64,000 nt of DNA from Eledone cirrhosa (lineage: Eukaryota), in the NCBI GenBank assembly GCA_964016885.1, contig OZ024740.1, positions 5,270,001 through 5,334,000 of the forward strand, written 5' to 3'. The first letter of the stretch is position 1, and each line of letters begins with the position of its first letter. Position numbers and translations under genes: made by a program. Below, one piece after another: positions 1 through 12,400 of the stretch. A model generated the notes under the pieces. The model worked only from the letters and a program-made list of their open reading frames with translations, made no database searches and had not been told where the DNA came from.

Positions 1-53
1 AGTCACATCGTAAATGAGCTTCTCCTTGAAATGATTTCTCCCTAGAAGAATGT

Positions 54-112
54 ATCATCATTAAACTAATTTTAATATATGCTTCCCTTGCTAGGGTTGG
101 ACATGTCTATAT
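54..112 (-). mobile_element. Highly decayed RTE/SINE-type 3' tail remnant
   Basis: atcatca...tttaatatatgcttcccttgctagggttggac resembles the reverse complement of the RTE 3' end seen at 51993-52051 (gtctaacccatgctagcgtggaag...gatgatg). Confidence 0.35.
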
Positions 113-400
113 ACAGCAAGTCAGTACTGAAGTGGTGGCTACTGATCTCCCAGACAGGTCAGGCAACTATGTCTTGCCTATGTAAGGTCTCCTGCTCTAC
201 CAAGTGCACGGGGGAGGTTGACAAGTTTTTGACACAACTGAGAGACATTTTCCAAATCATGGAATATTTCAACTACCAACTAAATACCTGTTACAACCTG
301 AAACATACACAAATATATACCTGTTTCTGTATTTTATTAAGATATGGAAAAGATTTTGAAATATGAAACAATATATAACGTTCAGAAACCTGCAAGATGT

Positions 401-3400
401 TAGTGTTACCTGAATGGTGGTAGTGTCATCTGTAGAGTGGTAGTGTCACCTGTAGAGTGGTAGTGTCACCTGTAGTATGGTAGTGTCATCTGTAGTGTGG
501 TAGTGTCACCTGTAGTGTGGTAGTGTCATCTGTAGTGTGGTAGTGTCACCTGCAGTGTGGTAGTGTCACCTGTAATGTGGTAGTGTCACCCGTAGTGTGG
601 TAGTGTCACCTGTAGTGTGGTAGTGTCACCTGTAGTGTGGTAGTGTCACCTGTAGTGTGGTAGTGTCACCTGTAGTGTAGTAGTGTCACCTGTAGTGTGG
701 TAGTGTCACCTGTATGTGGTAGTGTCACCTGTATGTGGTAGTGTCACCAGTAGTGTGGTAGTGTCACCTGTAGTGTGGTAGTGTCATCTGTAGTGTGGTA
801 GCATCACCTGTAGTGTGGTAGTGTCACCTGTAGTGTGGTAGTGTCACCTGTAAGGTGGTGGTGTCACCTGTAGTGTGGAAGTATCACCTGTAAAAGGGAA
901 GTGTCACCAGTAGTGTGGTAGTGTCACCTGTAGTGTGGTAGTGTCATCTGTAGTGTGGTAGCATCACCTGTAGTGTGGTAGTGTCACCTGTAGTGTGGTA
1001 GTGTCACCTGTAAGGTGGTGGTGTCACCTGTAGTGTGGAAGTATCACCTGTAAAAGGGAAGTGTCACCAGTAGTGTGGTAGTGTCGCCAGTAGTGGGGTA
1101 GTGTCACCTGTAGTGTGGTAGTGTCACCTGTAGTGTGGCAGTGTCACGTGTAGTGTGGTAGTGTCACCTGTAGTGTGGTAGTGTCACCTGTAGTGTGGTA
1201 GTGTCACCTGTAGTGTGGTAGTGTTACCTGTAGTGTGGTAGTGTCACCTGTAGTGTGGTAGTGTCACATGTAGTGTGGTAGTGTTACCTGTAGTGTGGTA
1301 GTGTCACCTGTAGTGTGGTAGTGTCAACTGTAGTGTGGTAGTGTCACCTGTAGTGTGGTAGTGTCACCTGTAATGTGGTAGTGTTACCTGTCGTGTAGTA
1401 GTGTCACCTGTAGTGTGGTAGTGTCACATGTAGTGTGGTAGTGTCACCTGTAGTGTGGTAGTGTCACCTGTAATGTGGTAGTGTTACCTGTCGTGTAGTA
1501 GTGTCACCTGTAGTGTGGTAGTGTCACATGTAGTGTGGTAGTGTCACCTGTAGTGTGGTAGTGTCACCTGTAATGTGGTAGTGTTACCTGTCGTGTAGTA
1601 GTGTCACCTGTAGTGTGGTAGTGTCATCTGTAGTGTGGTAGTGTCACCTGTTGTGTGGTAGTGTCACCTGTAATGTAGTAGTGTCATCTGTAGTGTGGTA
1701 GTGTCACCTGTAATGTAGTAGTGTCACCTGTAGTGTGGTAGTGTCACATGTAGTGTGGTAATGTCACCTGTAGTGTGGTAGTGTCACCTGTAATGTAGTA
1801 GTGTCACCTGTAGTGTGGTAGTGTCACCTGTAATGTAGTAGTGTCACCTGAAGTGTGGTAGTGTCACCTGTAGTGTGGTAGTGTCACCTGCAGTGTGGTA
1901 GTGTCACCTGTAGTGTGGTAGTGTCACCTGTAGTGTGGTAGTGTCACCTGTAGTGTGGTAGTGTCACCTGTAGAGAGCTAGTGTCACCTGTAGTGTGGTA
2001 GTGTCACCTGTAATGTAGTAGTGTCACCTGAAGTGTGGTAGTGTCACCTGTAGTGTGGTAGTGTCACCTGTAGTGTGGTAGTGTCACCTGTAGTGTGGTA
2101 GTGTCACCTGTAGTGTGGTAGTGTCACCTGTAGTGTGGTAGTGTCACCTGTAGAGAGCTAGTGTCACCTGAAGTGTGGTAGTGTCACCTGTAGTGTGGTA
2201 GTGTCACCTGTAGTGTAGTAGTGTCACCTGTAGTGTGGTAGTGTCACCTGTAGTGTGGTAGTGTCACCTGTAGTGTGGTAGTGTCACCTGTAGTGTGGTA
2301 GTGTCACCTGTAGTGTAGTAGTGTCACCTGTAATGTGGTAGTGTCACCTGTATGTGGTAGTGTCACCTGTAGTGTGGTAGTGTCATTTGTAGTGTGGTAG
2401 TGTCACCTGTAGTGTAGTAGTGTCACCTGTAGTGTGGTAGTGTCAGCTGTAGTGTGGTATTGTCACCTGTAGTGTGGTAGTGTCACCAGTAGTGTGGTAG
2501 TGTCACCTGTAATGTGGTAGTGTCACCTGTAGTGTGGTAGTGTCACCTGTAGTGTGGTAGTGTCACCTGTAGTGTGGTAGTGTCACCTGTAGTGTGGTAG
2601 TGTCACCTGTAATGTGGTAGAGTCACCTGTAGTGTGGTAGTGTCACCTGTAGTGTGGTAGTGTCACCTGTAGTGTGGTAGTGTCACCAGTAGTGTGGTAG
2701 TGTCACCAGTAGTGTGGTAGTGTCACCTGTAATGTGGTAGTGTCACCTGTAGTGTGGTAGTGTCACCTGTAGTGTGGTAGTGTCACCTGTAGTGTGGTAG
2801 TGTCACCAGTAGTGTGGTAGTGTCACCTGTAATGTGGTAGTGTCACCTGTAGTGTGGTAGTGTCACCTGTAGTGTGGTAGTGTCACCTGTAGTGTGGTAG
2901 TGTCACCAGTAGTGTGGTAGTGTCACCTGTAATGTGGTAGTGTCACCTGTAGTGTGGTAGGGTCACCTGTAGTGTGTTAATGTCACCAGTAGTGTGTAGT
3001 GTCACCTGTAGTGTGGTAGTGTCACCTGTAGTGTGGTAGGGTCACCTGTAGTGTGTTAATGTCACCAGTAGTGTGTAGTGTCACCTGTAGTGTGGTAGTG
3101 TCACCTGTAGTGTGGTAGTGTCACCTGTAGTGTGGTAGTGTCACCTGTAGTGTAGTAGTGTCACCTGTAATGTGGTAGTGTCACCTGTATGTGGTAGTGT
3201 CACCTGTAGTGTGGTAGTGTCATTTGTAGTGTAGTAGTGTCACCTGTAGTGTAGTAGTGTCACCTGTAGTGTGGTAGTGTCAGCTGTAGTGTGGTATTGT
3301 CACCTGTAGTGTGGTAGTGTCACCAGTAGTGTGGTAGTGTCACCTGTAGTGTGGTAGTGTCACCTGTAATGTGGTAGTGTCACCTGTAGTGTGGTAATGT

Positions 3401-6400
3401 CACCTGTAGTGTGGTAGTGTCACCTGTATGTGGTAGTGTCACCTGTAGTGTGGTAGTGTCATTTGTAGTGTGGTAGTGTCACCTGTAGTGTGGTATTGTC
3501 ACCAGTAGTGTGGTAGTGTCACCTGTAATGTAGTAGTGTCATTTGTAGTGTGGTAGTGTCTCCTGTAGTGTGGTAGTGTCACCTGTAGTGTGGTAGTGTC
3601 ACCTGTAGTGTGGTAGTGTCACCTGTAGTGTGATAGTGTCACCTGTAGTGTGGTAGGGTCACCTGTAGTGTGTAAATGTCACCAGTAGTGTGTAGTGTCA
3701 CCTGTAGTGTGGTAGTGTCACCTGTAGTGTGGTAGGGTCACCTGTAGTGTGTTAATGTCACCAGTAGTGTGTAGTGTCACCTGTAGTGTGGTAGTGTCAC
3801 CTGTAGTGTGGTAGGGTCACCTGTAGTGTGTTAATGTCACCAGTAGTGTGTAGTGTCACCTGTAGTGTGGTAGTGTCACCTGTAGTGTGGTAGGGTCACC
3901 TGTAGTGTGTTAATGTCACCAGTAGTGTGTAGTGTCACCTGTAGTGTGGTAGTGTCACCTGTAGTGTGGTAGTGTCACCTGTAGTGTGGTAGTGTCACCT
4001 GTAGTGTGGTAGTGTCACCTGTAGTGTGGTAGTGTCACCTGTAGTGTGGTAGTGTCACCTGTAGTGTGGTAGTGTCACCTGTAGTGTGGTAGGGTCACAT
4101 GTAGTGTGGTAGTGTCACCTGTAGTGTGGTAGTGTCACCTGTAGTGTGGTAGTGTCATCTGTAGTGTGTTAGTGTCACCTGTAGTGTGTTAGTGTCACCT
4201 GTAGTGTGTTAGTGTCACCTGTAGTGTTGTAGTGTCACCTGTAGTGTGTTAGTGTCACCTGTAGTGTTGTAGTGTCACCTGTAGTGTGTTAGTGTCACCT
4301 GTAGTGTGGTAGTGTCACCTGTAGTGTGTTAATGTCACCTGTAGTGTGGTAGTGTCACCTGTAGTGTGGTAGTGTCACCTGTAGTGTGGTAGTGTCACCA
4401 GTAGTGTAGTAGTGTCACCTGTAGTGTGGTAGTGTCACCTGTAGTGTGGTAGTGTCACCTGTAGTGTGGTAGTGTCTCCTGTAATGTGGTAGTGTCACCT
4501 GTAGTGTGGTAGTGTCACCAGTAGTGTAGTAGTGTCACCTGTAGTGTATTAGTGTCACTTGTAGTCTGGTAGTGTCACCTGTAGTGTGGTAGTGTCACCT
4601 GTAGTGTGTTAGTGTCACCTGTAGTGTTGTAGTGTCACCTGTAATTTGGTAGTGTCACCTGTAATGTGGTAGTGTCACCTGTAGTGTGGTAGAGTCACCT
4701 GTAATGTGGCAGTGTCACCTGTAGTGTGGTAGTGTCACCTGTAGTCTGGTAGTGTCACCTGTAGTGTGGTAGTGTCACCTGTAGTGTGGTAGTGTCACCT
4801 GTAGTCTGGTAGTGTCACCTGTAGTGTGGTAGTGTCACCTGTAGTGTGGTAGTGTCACCTGTAATTTGGTAGTGTCACCTGTAATTTGGTAGTGTCACCT
4901 GTAGTGTAGTAGTGTCACCTGTAGTGTGGTAGTGTCACCAGTAGTGTGGTAGTGTCACCTGTAGTATGGTAGTGTCACCTGTAGTGTGGTAGTGTCACCT
5001 GTAGTGTGGTAGTGTCACCTGTAGTCTGGTAGTGTCACCTGTAGTGTGGTAGTGTCACCTGTAGTGTGGTAGTGTCACCTGTAGTGTGTTAGTGTCACCT
5101 GTAGTGTGGTAGTGTCACCTGTAGTGTGTTAATGTCACCTGTAGTGTGGTAGTGTCACCTGTAGTGTGGTAGTGTCACCTGTAATTTGGTAGTGTCACCT
5201 GTAATTTGGTAGTGTCACCTGTAGTGTAGTAGTGTCACCTGTAGTGTGGTAGTGTCACCAGTAGTGTGGTAGTGTCACCTGTAGTATGGTAGTGTCACCT
5301 GTAGTGTGGTAGTGTCACCTGTAGTGTGGTAGTGTCACCTGTAGTGTGGTAGTGTCACCTGTAGTGTGGTAGTGTCACATTTAGTGAGGTAGTGTCATCT
5401 GTAGTCTGGTAGTGTCACCTGTAGTGTGGTAGTGTCACCTGTAGTATGGTAGTGTCACCCGTAGTGTGGTAGTGTCACCTGTAATGTGGTAGTGTCACCT
5501 GTAGTGTTGTAGTGTCACCTTTAGAGTGGTAGTGTCATCTGTAGCGTGGTAGTGTCACCAGTAGTGTGGTAGTGTCACCTGTAGTGTGGTAGTGTCACCT
5601 GTAGTGTGGTAGTGTCACCTGTAGTGTGGTAGTGTCACCTGTAGTCTGGTAGTGTCACCTGTAGTGTGGTAGTGTCACCTGTAGTGTGGTAGTGTCACCA
5701 GTAGTGTGGTAGTGTCACCTGTAGTATGGTAGTGTCACCTGTAGTGTGGTAGTGTCACCTGTAGTGTGGTAGTGTCACCTGTAGTCTGGTAGTGTCACCT
5801 GTAGTGTGGTAGTGTCACCTGTAGTGTGGTAGTGTCACCTGTAGCATGGTAGTGTCACCTGTAATGTGGTAGTGTCACCTGTAGTATGGTAGTGTCACCT
5901 GTAGTGTGGTAGTGTGACCTGTAGTGTGGTAGTGTCACCTGTAGTGTGGTAGTGTCACCTGTAGTGTGGTAGTGTGACCTGTAGTGTGGTAGTGTCACCT
6001 GTAGTGTGGTAGTGTGACCTGTAGTGTGGTAGTGTCACCTGTAGTGTAGTAGTGTCACCTGTAGTGTGGTAGTGTCACCTGTAGTGTAGTAGTGTCACCT
6101 GTAGTGTGGTAGTGTCACCTGTAGTGTGGTAGTGTGACCTGTAGTGTGGTAGTGTCACCAGTAGTGTGGTAGTGTCATCTGTAGTCTGGTAGTGTCACCT
6201 GTAGTGTGGTAGTGTCACCTGTAGTGTAGTAGTGTCACCTGTAGTGTGGTAGTGTCACCTGTAGTGTGGTAGTGTCACCTGTAGTGTGGTAGTGTCACCT
6301 GTAGTGTGGTAGTGTCACCTGTAGTGTGGTAGTGTCACCTGTAGTGTGGTAGTGTCACCTGTAGTGTGTTAATGTCACCAGTAGTGTGGTAGTGTCACCT

Positions 6401-9400
6401 GTAGTGTGGTATTGTCAACTGAAGTGTGGTAGTGTCACCAGTAGTGTGGTAGTGTCACCTGTAGTGTAGTAGTGTCACCTGTAGTGTGGTAGTGTCACCT
6501 GTAGTGTGGTAGTGTGACCTGTAGTGTGGTAGTGTCACCAGTAGTGTGGTAGTGTCATCTGTAGTCTGGTAGTGTCACCTGTAGTGTGGTAGTGTCACCT
6601 GTAGTCTGGTAGTGTCACCTGTAGTGTGGTAGTGTCACCTGTAGTGTGGTAGTGTCACCTGTAGTGTGGTAGTGTCACCTGTAGTGTGGTAGTGTCACCT
6701 GTAGTGTGGTAGTGTCACCTGTAGTGTGGTAGTGTCACCTGTAGTGTGGTAGTGTCACCAGTAGTGTGGTAGTGTCACCTGTAGTGTGGTAGTGTCACCT
6801 GTAGTGTGGTAGTGTCACCTGTAGTGTGGTAGTGTCACCTGTAGTCTGGTAGTGTCACCTGTAGTGTGGTAGTGTCACCTGTAGTGTGGTAGTGTCACCA
6901 GTAGTGTGGTAGTGTCATCTGTAGTCTGGTAGTGTCACCTGTAGTGTGGTAGTGTCACCTGTAGTGTGGTAGTGTCACCTGTAGTGTGGTAGTGTCACCT
7001 GTAGTGTTGTAGTGTCACCTGTATTGAGGTAGTGTCACCTGTAGTGTGGTAGTGTCACCTGTATTGTGGTAGTGTCACCAGTAGTGTGGTAGTGTCACCT
7101 GTAGTGTGGTAGTGTCACCTGTAGTGTGGTAGTGTCACCTGTAGTGTGGTAGTGTCACCTGTAGCGTGGTAGTGTCACCAGTAGTGTGTTAATGTCACCA
7201 GTAGTGTGGTAGAGTCCCCTGTAGTGTGGTATTGTCAACTGTAGTGTGGTAGTGTCACCTGTAGTGTGGTAGTGTCACCTGTAGTGTGATAGTGTCACCT
7301 GTAGTGTGGTAGTGTCACCTGTAATGTGGTAGTGTCACCTGTAGTGTGGTAGTGTAACCTGTAGTATGGTAGTGTCCCCTGTAGTGTGGTAGTGGCACCT
7401 CTAAGGTGGTAGTGTCTCCTGTAGTGTGTTTGTGTCGCCAGTAGTGGGGTAGTGTTACTTGTAGTATGGTAGTGCACCTGTAGTGTGGTAGTGTCACCTG
7501 TAGTGTGGTAGTGTCACCAGTAGTGTGGTAGTGTCAACTGTAAGGCGGTAATGTCACCTGTAGTGTGGTAGTGTCACCTGTTGTGTGGTAGTGTCACGTG
7601 TAGCGTGGTAGTGTCACCTGCAATGTGGTAGAGTCACCTGTAGTGTAGTAGTGTCACCTGTAGTGTGGTAGTGTCACCTGTAGTGTGTTAGTGTCACCTG
7701 TAGTGTGTTAGTGTCATCTGTAGTGTGGTTGTGACACCAGTAAGGTGGTAGTGTCCCCTGTAGTGTGGTAATGTCATCTGTAGTGCGGTAGTGTAACCAG
7801 CAGTGTGGTAGTGCCACCTGTAGTGTGGTAGTGTCACGTGTAATGTGGTAGTGTCACCTGTAGTGTGGTAGTGTCACCTGTAGTCTGGTAGTGTCAACTG
7901 TAGTGTGGTAGTGTCTCCTGTAATGTGGTAGTGTCACCTGTAATGTGGTAGTGCCACCTGTAGTGTGGTAGTGTCACCTGTAGTGTGGTAGTGTCACCTG
8001 TAATGTGGTAGTGTCACCTGTTGTGTGGTAGTTTCACCTGTAATGTGGTAGTTTCACCTGTAGTGTGGTAGTGTCACCTGTAGTGTGGTAGTGTCACCTG
8101 TAGTGTAGTAGTGTCACCTGTAGTGTGGTAGTGTCACCTGTAGTGTAGTAGTGTCATCTGTAGTGTGGTAGTGTCACCTGTAGTGTAGTAGTGTCACCTG
8201 TAGTGTGGTAGTGTCACCTGTAGTGTAGTAGTGTCACCTGTAGTGTGGTAGTGTCACCTGTAGTGTAGTAGTGTCACCTGTAGTGTGGTATCCTCACCTG
8301 TAGTGTAGTAGTGTCACCTGTAGTGTGGTAGTGTCACCTGTAGTGTGGTAGTGTCACCTGTAGTGTAGTAGTGTCACCTGTAGTGTGGTAGTGTCACCTG
8401 TAGTGTAGTAGTGTCACCTGTAGTGTGGTAGTGTCACCTGTAGTGTGGTAGTGTCACCTGTAGTGTGGTAGTGTCACCTGTAGTGTTGTAGTGTCACCTG
8501 TAGTGTGGTAGTGTCACCTGTAGTGTGGTAGTGTCACCTGTAGTGTGGTAGTGTCACCTGTAGTGTAGTAGTGTCACCTGTAGTGTGGTAGTGTCACCTG
8601 TAGTGTAGTAGTGTCACCTGTAGTGTGGTAGTGTCACCTGTAGTGTAGTAGTGTCACCTGTAGTGTGGTAGTGTCATCTGTAGTGTGGTATCCTCACCTG
8701 TAGTGTGGTAGTGTCACCTGTAGTGTAGTAGTGTCACCTGTAGCGTGGTAGTGTCACCTGTAGTGTAGTTGTGTCACCTGTAGTGTGTTAATGTCACCAG
8801 TAGTGTGTTAATGTCACCAGTAGTGTGGTATTGTCAACTGTAGTGTTGTAGTGTCATCTGTAAGGTGGTAGTGTCACCTGTAGTGTGGTAGCGTCACCTG
8901 TAGTGTGGTAGTGTCACCTGTAGTGTGGTAGTGTCACTTGTAGTGTGCTAGTGTCTCCTGTAATGTGTTAATGTCACCTGTAGTGTGTAGTGTCACCTGT
9001 AGTGTGATAGTGTCACCTGTAGTGTTGTAGTGTCACCTGTAATGTGCTATTGTCACCTGTAGTGTGGTAGTGTCTCCTGTAATTTGGTAGTGTCACCTGT
9101 AGTGTGGTAATGTCACCTGTAGTGTAGTTGTGTCACCTGTAGTGTGGTAGTGTCACCTGTAGTGTGGTAGTTTCACCAGTAGTGTGGTAGTGTCACCTGT
9201 AATGTGGTAGTGTCACCTGTAGTGTGGTAGTGTAACCTGTAGTGTGGTAGTGTCACCTGTAAGGTGGTAGTGTCTCCTGTAGTGTGTTTGTGTCACCTGT
9301 AGTGTGCTGGTGTCACCTGTAGTGTGGTAGAGTCCCCTGTAGTGTGGTATTGTCAACTGTAGTGTGGTAGTGTCACCTGTAGTGTGGTAGTGTCACCTGT

Positions 9401-12400
9401 AGTGTGATAGTGTCACCTGTAGTGTGGTAGTGTCACCTGTAATGTGGTAGTGTCACCTGTAGTGTGGTAGTGTAACCTGTAGTGTGGTAGTGTCACCTGT
9501 AGTGTGTTTGTGTCACCTGTAGTGTGATAGTGTCACCTGTAGTGTGGTAGTGTCACCTGTAAGGTGGTAGTGTCACCTGTAGTGTGGTAGTGTCAACTGT
9601 AAGGTGGTAGTGTCACCTGTAGTGTGGTAGTGTCACCTGTTGTGTGGTAGTGTCACGTGTAGAGTGGTAGTGTCTCCTGTAGTATGATAGTGTCACCTGT
9701 AATGTGGTAGTGTCACCTGTAGTGTGGTAGTGTCACCTGTAGTGTGGTAGAGACCCTGTAGTGTGGTAGTGTCACGTGTAGTGTGGTAGTGTCAACTGTA
9801 GTGTGGTAGTGTCTCCTGTAATTTGGTAGTGTCACCAGTAGTGTGGTAATGTCACCTGGAGTGTATTAGTGTCACCTGTAATGTGGTAGTGTCACCTGTA
9901 GTGTAGTAGTGTCACCCGTAGTGTTGTAGTGTCACCTGTAATGTGGTAGTGTCACGTGTAGTGTGCTCGTGTCACCTGTAGTGTGGTAGTGTCACCTGTA
10001 GTGTGGTAGTGCCACCTGTAGTGTGGTAGTGTCACCTGTAGTGTAGTAGTGTCACCTGTAATGTGGTAGTGTCACGTGTAGTGTGCTCGTGTCACCTGTA
10101 GTGTGATAGTGTCACCAGTAGTGTGGTAGCCTCACCTGTAGTGTGGTAGTGTCACCTGTAGTGTGGTAGTGTCACCTGCAGTGTGGTAGTGTCACATATA
10201 GTGTGGTAGTGTCACCTGTAGTGTGGTAGTGTCACCAGTAGTGTGGTAGCCTCACCTGTAGTGTGGTAGTGTCACCTGTAGTGTGGTAGTGTCACCTGTA
10301 GTGTGGTAGTGTCACCTATAGTGCGGTAGTGTCACCTGTAGTGTGGTAGTGTCACCTGTAGTGTGGTAGTGTCACCTGTAATGTGTTAGTGTCACCTGTA
10401 GTGTGATAGTGTCACCAGTAGTGTGGTAGTGTCACGTGTAATGTGGTAGTGTCACCTGTAGTGTGGTAGTGTCATCAGTAGTGTGGTAGTGTCACCTGTA
10501 GTGTGGTAGTGTCACCTGTAATGTGGTAGTGTCACCTGTAGTGTGGTAGTGTCACCTGCAGTGTGGTAGTGTCATTTGTAGTGTGGTAGTGTTATTTGTA
10601 GTGTGGTAGTGTCTCCTGTAGTGTGGTAGTGCCACCTGTAATGTAGTAGTGTCATTTGTAGTGTGGTAGTGTCACCAGTAGTGTGGTAGTGTCTCCTGTA
10701 ATGTGGTAGTGTCACCTGTAGTGTGGTAGAGACCCTGTAGTGTGGTATTGTCAACTGTAGTGTGGTAGTGTCACCTGTAAGGTGGTAGTGTCACCTGTAG
10801 TGTGGTAGTGTCTCCTGTAAGGTGGTAGTGTCACCTTTAGTGTGGTAGCGTCACCTGTAGTGTGGTAGTGTCACCTGTAGTGTGGTAGTGTACTTGTAGT
10901 GTGGTAGTGTCACCTGTATTTTGGTAGTGTCACCTGTAATGTGGTAGTGTCACCTGTAGTGTGGTAGTGTCACCTGTAGTGTGGTAGTGTCACCTGTAGT
11001 GTGTTAGTGTCACCTGTAGTGTTGTAGTGTCACCTTTAGTGTGGTAGTGTCACCTGTAGTGTGGTAGTGTCACCTGTAGTGTGGTAGTGTCACCTGAAGT
11101 GTGGTAGTGTCACCTGTAGTGTGGTAGTGTCACCTGTAATGTGGTAGTGTCACCTGTAGTGTGGTAGCGTCACCTGTAGTGTGGTAGTGTCACCTGTAGT
11201 GTGGTAGTGTCACCTGTAGTGTGGTAGTGTCACCTGTAGTGTGGTAGTGTCACCTGTAGTGTGGTAGCATCACCTGTAGTGTGGTAGTGTCTCCTGTAAT
11301 GTGGTAGTGTCACCTGTAGTGTGGTAGTGTCACCTGTAGTGTGGTAGTGTCACCTGTAGTGTGGTAGTGTCACCTGTAGTGTGGTAGCGTCACCTGTAGT
11401 GTGGTAGTGTACTTGTAGTGTGGTAGTGTCACCTGTATTGTGGTAGTGTCACCTGTAATGTGGTAGTGTCACCTGTAGTGTGGTAGCGTCACCTGTAGTG
11501 TGGTAGTGTCTCCTGTAATGTGGTAGTGTCACCTGTAATGTGGTAGTGTCACCTGTAGTGTGGTAGTGTCACCTGTAGTGTGGTAGTGTCACCTGTAATG
11601 TGGTAGTGTCACCTGTAATGTGGTAGTGTCACCTGTAGTGTGGTAGTGTCACCTGTAGTGTCGTAGTGTCACCTGTAGTGTGGTAGTGTCACCTGTAGTG
11701 TGGTAGTGTCTCCTGTAATGTGGTAGTGTCACCTGTAGTGTGGTAGTGTCACCTTTAGTGTGGTAGTGTCACCTGTAGTGTGGTAGTGTCACCTGTAGTG
11801 TGGTAGCGTCACCTGTAGTGTGGTAGTGTCTCCTGTAATGTGGTAGTGTCACCTGTAGTGTGGGAGTGTCACCAGTAGTGTAGTAGTGTCACCTGTAGTG
11901 TGGTAGTGTCACCTGTAGTGTGGTAGTGTCACCTGTAGTGTGGTAGTGTCACCTGTAGTCTGGTAGTGTGACCTGTAGTGTAGTAGTGTCACCTGTAGTG
12001 TGGTAGTGTCACCTGTAGTGTGGTAGTGTCTCCTGTAATGTGGTAGTGTCACCTGTAGTGTGGTAGTGTCACCAGTAGTGTAGTAGTGTCACCTGTAGTG
12101 TGGTAGTGTCACCTGTAGTGTGGTAGCGTCACCTGTAGTGTGGTAGTGTCACCTGTAGTCTGGTAGTGTCACCTGTAGTGTAGTAGTGTCACCTGTAGTG
12201 TGGTAGTGTCACCAGTAGTGTAGTAGTGTCACCTGTAGTGTGGTAGTGTCACCCGTAGTGTGGTACTGTCACATGTAATGTGGTAGTGTCACCTGTAGTG
12301 TGGTAGTGTCGCCTGTAGTATGGTAGTGTCACCTGTAGTGTGGTAGTGTCACCTGTAGTGTGGTAGTGTCACCTGTAGTGTGTTAGTGTCACCTGTAGTG

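Noticed and set aside
79-366. 95-aa ORF
   Set aside because: No recognisable domain; it overlaps a decayed repeat tail.
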